Source: Antedon mediterranea
Taxonomy: Eukaryota > Animalia > Echinodermata
Reading direction: 5' to 3'
Assembly: GCF_964355755.1 (NCBI RefSeq)
Contig: NC_092670.1
Span: 39,854,388 to 39,918,387 of the forward strand
Length of the DNA: 64,000 bases
Positions within the stretch are counted from its first letter, which is position 1, and each line of letters begins with the position of its first letter. Both the position numbers and the translations under genes were made by a program. Positions 53,199-64,000 of this stretch are shown piece by piece. The notes beneath the pieces are model-generated. The model was given only the letters and a program-made list of their open reading frames with translations, searched no databases and was not told the origin of the DNA.

Positions 53199-55327
53199 AT
53201 AGATACGTGCGTGTGAAACGTTTCGAAACATATATATTAATGGTGTAACGTAAATAATTGTATACAGAGTTATTATACGCGTAATCTCGCTCTTTGTCGA
53301 AGGTCACACGCGTATCTGTTTTCATTCACTTCGCTAAAACACCTCTACACATATCATCGTCAAACAGTGCGTCACATTATTAATTTACATTTCATTTATT
53401 CGTTAAAAAAAATGAACATTAAATAAACGACCTTCACTTCAATTTACAAGATTAAATTTACTCCCAAAAAAATGATATTTATCTTATTTATGACAAAAAC
53501 AGAATACATTATGGGTTGTCATAAAAGCATTATTATTATGTTATACTTATTGGCATGTTAGTGATAAGTCTTCTTCAATTAGTAATTTAAAAATGTGTTG
53601 TAATGATCATACTATGACGGTTGGATGTCATGTATATTGCAACATTAGATCGGATGTATAATCAAATAATAAAGCTCGGTTCCCACACAAGTGCGTTGAC
53701 CAATCACAAGCGACAGCTAGGGGGATACATCGCGTCCTGATTAGTCAAATTACTTGCGGTGCGCTTACGTATGTCCTGGTGTTGCATCCACGTGTGGGAA
53801 CTGAACTAAAGCTCTGTCTACACTATCAAACAAGTTTGACAAAAAAGTGTGATGTGTCCAAATATGGTAGTGATATGACATCTTTGTGTCCATATATGGG
53901 CACATTACATTTTGTATCACATAAAGTTTGATAGTGTAGATAGTATAGTTTTATTCTGCCATACTTAGTTTTTAAATTTATTCAGACATATCGTTTATCA
54001 ACCAGTTATATGAAGAATTGGATGAAATTGATTTTCTATGGGAAGTAAACAATAGAAAGCTTATCAGTAATCTAATACTGAACGTGTTTATATCAACTCC
54101 ATAATAGAATTAATAATTCCTCCCGGGAAAAACTACGACGTACAATTAATCCGTATTAATACGTAATCAATAGAGCGCGTATTGTGGGATCAGCGAAGCT
54201 TAATACGCGCTTGTAATAAATACGCACAAGGAATTGAATTCACTGCGGATTCTTTAAAGCTTTGTCTACACTATCAAACTACTTTGATAAATAAATTGTG
54301 ATGTGCCTAAATATGGTAGTGATATGGTCAAATATGGTAGTGATATGACATCACCATGTCCATATATGGGCACATCACACTTTCTTGTCGCTTAAAGTTT
54401 GATAGTGTAGACAGAGCTTAATAATGAAGAACCCGTAAGTGATAGTACGACATAGCTAATTATTACGTATGAAAATGTTACTTGATTTCTGTATCTTAGT
54501 TCAAAGATATCTACCAAAAAAACAATAAACATCTCATTTTGGTATTGTAATAATAATCTTAAGCATTGCTAATATTTGTAATACAAGTTACTATAAGACT
54601 ATCAATCCATTACATGTTTATGTTCACTGAAGAAGTGAAATATGATTTACTAGTGATAATCTAACAAGGCAAACAATAAACATAGGTAACCTATAATTTC
54701 AACAGGATTATATATTATATACAATAAGTAGGCCGAACGACAACATAGCATTACGGCACGAAATACTACACTCAAAATAATCTGAGAAAATTATATTATA
54801 TGTTATATTATATTAATATATAACTTGGCATGGTATAGTGATGTACTGCAAATAAATGAATTCATAAACAGAATCCTAATTATTTCAATGGTTTGATAAA
54901 TTTGTAAAATAAAAAAAATAACAATTATATTACAGCGAGTTAGCTGCATAGATACACATTGCATATACAAACAAAAGAATAAGATATTGATTCATTATAT
55001 CTCTATAAGTTTAGGCTAAAAAATAATCGGTTATAATATTAAATAAGCATGTTTTTACTTTTACACTGCAGAGTGATAACCCTGACCATACAAAGTGGAA
55101 CTTCATTTCAATAGACATGGTTTAAACCCCGACAAATTTCTAAGAATAACTTGTTTTGTTTAGGGATAATCTCCAAAGTTTATATAACCCAAGCATACCT
55201 TGCTTTTATATAATAAAACTAATTTAGTTCACATTATAAACCCTGAATATTGCAACTGTGTAAAATTTGATATTAATAATCTCCATTTAACATCAAAACA
55301 GCATATTACAAATATTTGTATGACGCT

Positions 55328-55547
55328 TTAGGATGCAGTAAGCACCTCCATCCCCTCCTCTCCACCTCTCCCCACAACATGGCATAGTATATATATATAG
55401 TTAGGATGCAGTAAGCACCTCCATCCCCTCCTCTCCACCTCTCCCCACAACATGGCATAGTATATATATATAGTTAGGATGCAGTAAGCACCTCCATCCC
55501 CTCCTCTCCACCTCTCCCCACAACATGGCATAGTATATATATATAGT
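55328..55547. repeat. 73-bp tandem repeat x3
   Basis: TTAGGATGCAGTAAGCACCTCCATCCCCTCC...GGCATAG(TA)nG, near-identical copies. Confidence 0.92.
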
Positions 55548-55888
55548 GTTAGTATAGTATGTGTTTACATAGTAATTAGTATAGACCATCAGTTGAAATT
55601 AAACTCTTACAATCTCACATGTCTTATCTCTCATTTAAAATGTATTCCAGACACCATATATTTTGGGACAGACAAATGGTGATCAGTTTTGAGAGATTAA
55701 AGCTCTGTCTACACTACCCAAATGTTGTATAGTGATATGCCTAAATATAGTAGTGATATGCCCAAATATGGTAGTGATATGCCCAAACATGGTAGTGATA
55801 TGCCCAAACATCATCATTTCCATATATGTACACATCAGACAAGGTTTTACAGATACAAATCTAAAGGAGTGCCACTTGCCTGTGTTAT

Positions 55889-58800
55889 TTATTCATCTGA
55901 ATCCGAGCCCTCACCTAATGGTCGTATTCTAAGATTGTTGGCTCGAACTACCTTCAAATTTGGACAATTCTTAATGTTGTTAGCAACATTCAATGTCACA
56001 AATGTGTTGTCAAGATTTAATAATGATAGGCTTAGCAACTTGAGGTGGGGCAAACCTTTATTGGAAAGAAAATATAAAAGTATAAGTACAGTAGTACTCA
56101 TATAAACTTTGAAACATGATAATTGTGAACTTGAACAAATAAAGATTTTAAAACGTGACAGATATAAATCTACATACAGTACATAAATGCATTGTATATA
56201 GGTCTAGCATGTTGGTTGCTGTTTACCATACATAAACCTGGTTCTGGGTTTTATACACAATATATACAATCTTCAGGTCACAAATTTAATTAACGTTAAC
56301 CAACCCACACCATGCAAAGGCTAAAATACAAAGCAATAAATGTTAATTGTACATTGTAAAAAAATCACACTTACCAGAGTTTGAAATGTTAGTACGGCTT
56401 AAGTTGAGTTTACTAAGCATATGGCACTGGTTGAGAGCCTTTGACTTGAGTAGTTTGCTGGTAATTTGAGTTGATGAGAGACTTAGCATTGTCAGCTTAG
56501 TAAGAGAACTAAGCACCATTGCTCCGGTGTCACTTATATTTGTTCTATCTATACTCAATCCTTGTAAATCTGTCAGTCCTATAGAAAAATAAACATCACA
56601 GATAAAAATAATGAAAAAATAAATCTCTCAACATAAACAAAAAGATCAAAAGATTTAAATATGATGAGCTTTGTAAAAATATATTTGATTTTGTAATAAA
56701 TCAAATATTAATAAGATTAAAATGGTAATTTACGGTTAATACATTTTTCATCTATAGATTTGAAGATATTTTTAAAAAGTTATAAGATTAACAATTTTTA
56801 TAAGAGATTATTTTCACAACGATGCACAATCTGAATGATATTAGTGTAACTATTGTGAAAAAGTGCCCAAATATGGTAGTGATATGCCCAAATATGGTAG
56901 TGATATGACATCATCAAGCCCATATATGGGCACATCATATTTTTTTGTCACATAAAGTTTGATAGTCTAGACAGAGCTTAAGACAGGGAAAAACTCTCTT
57001 GTAAGTGTTCGCAATATGTCCTTTTTAGTACCAAGTACAGATTACATCAGATTATACAAAAACTTATTAAGCTTTTGAAACAATAAAAAAAAACAAAATG
57101 TGCCCATATATGGACATGATGATGTCATACCACTACCATATTTATGCATATCACTAGCATATTTGGGCACATCACACTATTTTTGTCAAACTAGTTTGAT
57201 GGTGTAGATAGAGCTTAAGTGAAAATAAAATACCCAAATTCAACTTTTTTTTTCAATGTTTTGTTATTTATGTTTCAAAATAATTATGTCAATATTGGCA
57301 TTTATTGTTTCAATCTAAAATTGTGAATTTATAAAAAGTGTGTTTTACAATATCAACGTACCTTTTAAATGCGACAAACCAACGTCAGTAATTTTAGTAT
57401 TACTAAGAGACAGTTTTCTCAGACTAAAAGAAATTAAAGAATCAATCAAATTATCAGAAATAAACAGGAAACAAATAAAAGAAATAAATGCCAAATCAAT
57501 TCTTGTAACAGAAGCAACCAACACATTAATTCTGATTAAAACATATGCTATATTTATTCCATTCAGTACTATTGTAAAGTTGTTCAATGTTTCATAAAAA
57601 AGAACAACATATCAAACGTATAATAAAAATCTATATAAAAAGTAAAAGATAGTTCTTTTTTTTGGACTGGACTAATTATTGAAGTAATTGTTTTGTCATA
57701 TGGTAGGTTATTGATATTCCATAACTTGGTATTGTAGAGTTGTATGTATATTAAGCACTATCAAACTCTATGTGACAAAAAATGTGATGTGCTTATATAT
57801 GGACATGATGATGTCATATCACTAACCATATGTGGTCATATCACTACCATATTTGGGCGCATCACACTTTTGTTTTGTCAAACTAGTTTGATAGTGTAGA
57901 CGAAGCTTAACTTGTTTGTGTGAAATTATCCCATTTAACCCATTTGAGGTATTACCAGCTTGACTATGTGTACATTTAAAATAGGAAACAACATTACCTT
58001 GTCATGTCTGCAAGATGATGTACGCCATCATCAGTAATATGGATGTAATCAGAAAGATCTAGTTCAACTAATGACATACCTTAAAAAACAAAACAAAACA
58101 AAAAAGTGACATACATACAGGCAATACAGACAGTAGTAGTGTGGGTATTACAAATGGAATATCATCTTCATCATTTACTGACAGAAAAACACATTAAATT
58201 GCTGTGGGATTGGGGTAAAGTGGACCATGGGATTAGGGGTGAGGTGGACCGTGGGATTGAGGGTGAGGTGGATCATGGGATTGGGAGTTAGATGGATCGT
58301 GGGATTGGGGGTGAGGTGGACCGTGGGATTAGGGGTGAGGTAGATCATGGGATTGGGGGTGAGGTGGATCATGGGATTGGGGGTGAGGTGGAATGTGGGA
58401 TTAGGGGTGAGGTGGATCATGGGATTGGAGGTGAGGTGGACTGTGGGATTGGGGGTGAGGTGGACCGTGGGATTGGGGGTGGGGTGGACTGTGGGATTTA
58501 GGGTGAGGTGGACTGTGGGATTGGGGGTGAGGTAGACCATGGGATTGGGGGTGAGTTGAATCATGGGATTGGGGGCGAGGTGGTCCGTGGGATTGGGGTG
58601 AGGTGGTCCGTGGGATTGGGGTGAGGTGGACCGTGGGATTGGGGTGAGGTGGATCGTGGGATTGGGGGTGAGGTGGACCGTGGGATTGGGGGTGAGGTGG
58701 ACCGTGGAATTGGGGGTAAGGTGGACCGTGGGATTGGGGGTGAAGTTATACCAGAGTCAGAACAAATGTATCAATTCATGCATTCTCACATAATCTTACG

Positions 58801-61800
58801 TATGTTGTATGGAATAGGGTAAATGTGTAATAACAAGCATTAGTTACCTGCAATGTATTGTATTCCAAGGTCTGTTGTTGTATGCCTACTTGGTAGTTGA
58901 ATATGTCTTAATTGCATACCTATAAAAATTAATGACACAATGTTACTGTAATGTTCTAAGTAAGTTGCTTAGAAGTTGATCACCGACTTATGTGTTTAAA
59001 TTGTTTGTTTTTCTCCATGGCAGCAGTGGTGAATCCAGAAATTTGCATTATTTTTTGCATTACAATTTGCAAAATTTAGGAGGAGGGGGAGGAGGAAGGA
59101 GTGGAACCAACTACTCAAAAACCCACATGGATGCACCCATGGGCAGGCTTTGAGCAAACAAACCTTGCTATGTTTATAGTGGGCCCATAGATATTGTTGG
59201 TGGTCTACTGGGTGATAGACTTGATTTATGCAAACAGAGGAGGACTAATTAAAATGGCTGCCATATACCTGTTCGTAAACAGATAGATATAGACATAATA
59301 CAACATTATTTTTTTAAATTAACTCTAATGTTGAAGATGTATTGTCCCCCACCCCCTAAAAAAATGATTTCACTTATAAAAAGTCAAATGAAACGATTAA
59401 TTTTAACCAAAAACCATTGTCTGACAATTTAAGTATTTTTTGTTTTAAATTACATTTTTTCAGGTAATCAATCCAGTTTTTGGTCAAAGTGAATAACTAT
59501 TACGTGACATTACAATGGCATATTCAACAAAAAATGTAAAAAAAAAAATTGTTAATATATCTTTAATGTTAATCAAAGTAATTAAAATGTAAAAATTAAC
59601 TCTGACCTGTTAAAGAATAGAGGGTTCTGTCTCCTTCCATACTCAGGATAGAGTTGATATTTAAAGCTTTTAATTTTGGTAATTTGTGAAGTCCATTTAA
59701 GCTTTCTGACTTTACGTAAGTCGACCCAATATTCAATGTTTCAAGATGTGAGAGGCATTGTAGAGGTAGAAGAGTTGTAACCTAAACAAAATAAAAGCAC
59801 ATAATATTATCAATACTTTCTTTTATTCACATTTATTTTACTCATTGTTTATAAATATAATTTCTTATCATAAATGATGGCAAGGATCCTGCATAGAGAA
59901 GTTTACACTTCTGTTTTCGCAGGACCATTTTACATAAAAAAACATAAAACAATAAACACAACATAATACCAGTAGTAGTATTACATTATACAAAAATGTT
60001 GATATTAGGCCTATTTGTAGGCCTAATAGAAAGCTTTTCCAGGTTTACTTTAGACCAGAAAATTTGCTGTTTCTATATTTTTTATTTATTCAGGTATAAC
60101 AAATTTACAAAAGCAGACAGAAGTCTGAAAATATTGTATTACAAAAGATTGAAAATGATGAATCAAAAGTAAACAATGCACAGCAAAACAACACATAAAA
60201 TTTAAACATACAGAAAGTAAAAAAAAAACATTCAAATGTAACAGTATTGAAAGGCTATTAGATTACTTATACATGTTCCACATAGTTTATATTATGAAAT
60301 ATTAAATTTTACCTGTGTCTGCTCAATTGATAAATGACGTAATAAACTAAGATCTGAAAACAGAAATACAAAACTATAAAATCTGAAGATAACAGAATAT
60401 GTAACACACATTTAGTGGTGAACTGAAAATAAAAATATACTTTTTAAGTAGTTTCTATCAGCTGCTGCTTTTACATATTTTTTCGAGAGCTTTTTTCAAC
60501 TTTCGTAAGTCCTTGATTGACTCCAAAGTGTTTAAAGTTGTGAATAATGTTCGGCAACAAGGCCTTACAAAAGTTGGAAAAAGCAGTAGCTGATATAAAC
60601 TACTTATAAATTGCAAAATGTGTGTTTCCCAATGTATAACAATATACTTACTCGCAATAATTGATATGGAAACATCAGTAATACGAGTCTTACTTAAATA
60701 CAATTGAGTAAGAGTTGATGATAAGTGAGTAAGATTCTCTACTCCTATGTCTGTGATGTTAGCACCTTCTAAGCCTAAAGTTGTCAAATGCTTTAAATCT
60801 ACAAAAATATAATTGATTTACAGATTATTAGTAAATACCATAAACGGATGATGATGTAGTCGTTTTATTATTTTGGATTGTACAAAAAGTTGCTTTGATA
60901 ACCTTGATCGTTCAGATTTTATTCTGAAACATGTGTGTAAGATTAAACGTAAGGCTATGTATCATCTGATGTAAAGTGGGGAAAGATTGTTGGTTATACT
61001 TATTGGGATATAGTAGAGTTATGTCAAAATTTACATTTCCATTGAAACTGATTTTGTGGGTATCTTAATTGTTTAATGCGATTTGATAAAATTTATACTG
61101 AACATGAACCTACCTTTAATACATTCAAGCACTTTATCTGTGATTTGTGGATTTAAATTTAGTTTTAAAATCTTTAATTTTTTCAAACCTGTTTAAAAAA
61201 AGAAAACATTTATTATTTGTTATATTTATATTTATAATGTACGACTACGGTTTCAGCCATCGGCTCTTTGTGTCATTTGACTTTTTTTTAATAAAGATAT
61301 ACCGAAATATATATATATTTTTTATCTTAAAAAATTCCTGAAAAATGTTGTGTTCTGAGTAAATTACTGTATATACTGTTCTTGCTTTAATAATGCTTTT
61401 ATTAATATATATGATATATATTTAATGTTTTTATTTATACAATACAATAGTATTTATTGTCATTTTGACAACAAGGTACAAATAAAATTTGGTTGATTTA
61501 CATTTTGATATACATACAATATACAAATGTATAAAGAAAAACCAAAACACTTAGTTAATTAATGTGTAATGTTGTTGCAAAAAAAAAAGGATGTTTGTTA
61601 CCATGGTAACTTACATGGTAGGAGGACAGTAAGACCAGCATCACTAATGAGACTACAAGAACAGATGCTCATGTGACTTATGTTGCTATGGAAACGTAGC
61701 GACTGAAGAAGTTCGTTGGTGGTGTACTTGTAACAATCTAGCACCAAATGGGTCAGGTGACTGGAAAATAACGACATAATAGAGTTTTATGTATATTTAA

Positions 61801-63592
61801 ACCACATTCATAATGATACATAGTTTTATTTATTTATATTTTTATCGGGTGCTAATAAATTATGTAACTTGCACATCATAGATCGCTGAAATTTAATGCC
61901 TTTAACAGTCTTTTTTAATGGTGTTTTGTGTTTAGAATGGTGTGTACAGCAAGCTACATTCCGTATGGAAATTTGGTGAATAACTTTTAATTGAACGCCA
62001 TACAATGCATGCTATTTTAAATTGAAATCTCTTATTCTATTTAGAAGCAAACTTCATAGTTGAAGGCTACTGTTCCACTGGCTATAGCTATTGCAATTCC
62101 ACTTTTTTTTTTGCATACAGTGTGTGGTGCATATAAACAAATGAGGCATTGTGAGCCAATGCAAAGATAGGTGATTTGAATTGTTTAGCCAATACATATA
62201 GCATTCATGTAGATTACAGTACCATGACAGAAATATAGGCATTGTCCTTGGTCGCAATGTTCCATCTTTTTTCATCTCATCAACAATTTTGGCTGCTAGT
62301 TGTTGAGGCATTCCACCCAATGAGGAAGGTGATTGGTTGGGATCTCCAAGTTTCTTAGCAACAGCTTTCGTTGTCATGGTAACCAGAGATGGTATGATCG
62401 TTGACCTTGACGATGTCGTTGGGACGTCGGGTGCTTGTTGGTGAGCTAACGCGATTCGTTTGAGGGCAGCATCAGCTGAAATGCAATCAAAGAATGGTTC
62501 TATTACATAAAATGGCTTTGGTCATGGTAGATAGACAGTGTATTTTTAAATGCATAAACCAAATTTTAATTATTATATTTGAATATATGACTACCTGCTT
62601 TTTGTTTTGAGACTTCTTCAGCTCCTTCTTCACTGGCTCCATCTTGGAAGCCATATACAAAGTTGACAGGCTGAGCATCCAGTCGGTTCCCTCCTCCCCA
62701 TGGGTGCTGTTGTGGACCCTGGGCTTCACCCCAACCAGCAATTAATTCTTTCACAAAAATAAAAAGTGTATTTAACACATTTAACAACGATATGGCCATG
62801 GTGACTTGCTTATTAGATCATAATGTTATTATAATTAATATAATTACCATCCATATCATTATTCTCATCATTTGCATCTGGTTCTTCAACCACATCACCA
62901 GCTATATCCTCTGAAGGTTCTTCTTCCCCTTCTTGCTCTACCTGCTGCAAACTATGACCTGCCCCCCAGTTATGAGCTGCAAAGTGAGGGCGCTGGCTAT
63001 TGATCAACTGCATCTGTCGGTTCAATCGTCCTGCCACATCCATTCCAGTACCACTTTGGCTGGGAAGCGCTGTTGATGTGGTCGATACCGACAGTGTTGG
63101 TGGCTCACTATTAGTCTCAGCCTTATGAACTAAATTACAAGTATGAGATTTTATTACAGTCAACTGTCTGATTACAGACATCTTTGGCCAGCCCAACGGT
63201 GTCCGGTTTTCCAGAAATTCCGGTATTTATTTCTGTTTTACAAGGGTGGTCCATCCAGCCAAAGCCGATCATTAGGGTTCCTATGATATTATTATTTATG
63301 TAGAATTTTAGAAAAGTGCTAGGTGGTCAAAATACCTATAATACAAGAAAAGCCTAAATTTTGATGGAAAGATAAAAATTGCCTAATGATACACTGAAAG
63401 AAGTGTGTGAAAATGATAAGAATGAGAGAAGAAAATTCTAGAAAAGTTTTGATAAATTTAGGAAAAAAAACACATACGTTTACTTGGTGGTCCTTCTGAC
63501 TTCCTGGCAACAAGCACACCCCTAGGTGTGAGTTTTAATTCAGACAGTGACAGGATCATGTCTTCACATGTATACACATGTCTGGGAAATGT
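55889..63592 (-). CDS. UBX-domain + leucine-rich-repeat protein, about 14 exons in window; 5' end beyond window
   Basis: Exon 63592-63484 TFPRHVYTCEDMILSLSELKLTPRGVLV resembles a UBX C-terminus. An acidic linker follows, then many LxxLxLxxTxITDxG repeats (LTTLGLEGANITDIGV, LRKLSLSNTKITDVGL, LSIDRTNISDTGA). Last exon ends ...EGSDSDE* at 55889. Confidence 0.8.
58204..58742. repeat. 24-bp G-rich minisatellite, about 22 units, in an intron of the LRR gene
   Basis: GTGGGATTGGGGGTGAGGTGGACC repeated. Confidence 0.93.
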
Positions 63593-64000
63593 CTACAAAA
63601 ATAATAACTCTTTAAATTCAGGATGTTGGCTTTACTATTAACTAATACAATCAAACAAATGTCTTTAACCTAGTTACAACTAAATTATTTAACCGTCATA
63701 CAAGTTATTTTAACCAATTTAATAAAAATATGTACTATTTCAAATGTACGAATTCAACTATGTTAGTATTTTCAATTTGTTGGTGAACAGAGAACCTATA
63801 CCGTTCTCTCCATGAAGTAGGTGGTCTAAAGCTCTGTTGTCTATCAAACTTTACGTGACAAAAAAAAAAGGTGATGTGCCCATATATGGACATGGTGATG
63901 TCATATCACTACCAAATTTGAGCACCTGTTCACACCTGTTTGATAGTGTGAACAGAGCTTAACTAACATTTTTTACATTCTTTCTATGTTACCTGTAGTA

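Noticed and set aside
55328-55589. Two similar ORFs MLWGEVERRGWRCLLHP
   Set aside because: Products of the 73-bp tandem repeat.
58106-58564. Repetitive ORFs (LTPNPTVH)n, (GGEVDHGI)n and (GLGVRW)n
   Set aside because: Open frames produced by a 24-bp intronic minisatellite; no splice support.

Overview
AT-rich, intron-rich eukaryotic DNA from an invertebrate deuterostome, most likely an echinoderm (inferred from the neuropeptide and opsin sequences). Genes reconstructed by hand from splice sites, in order: the 3' end of a death-domain protein (+) with an orphan half-TIR ORF downstream; a complete 12-exon OSR1/SPAK (OXSR1/STK39) kinase (-); a 90-aa melanin-concentrating-hormone (MCH)-like neuropeptide precursor with three coding exons (+), whose peptide exon is absent from the ORF track; a complete PRPF40 splicing factor (-); an orphan 147-aa ORF with two phosphatase-docking motifs (-); a 3-exon, 420-aa rhabdomeric-type opsin (+); and the 3' part of a UBX + leucine-rich-repeat gene (-). 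Introns and intergenic DNA hold about 30 copies of one MITE, about 10 of a second, Kolobok-like elements, tRNA-derived SINEs, truncated L2 and CR1 LINEs and several minisatellites. No prokaryotic features, rRNA or CRISPR arrays were seen. Family assignments come from recalled motifs, not database searches, and repeat coordinates are approximate.
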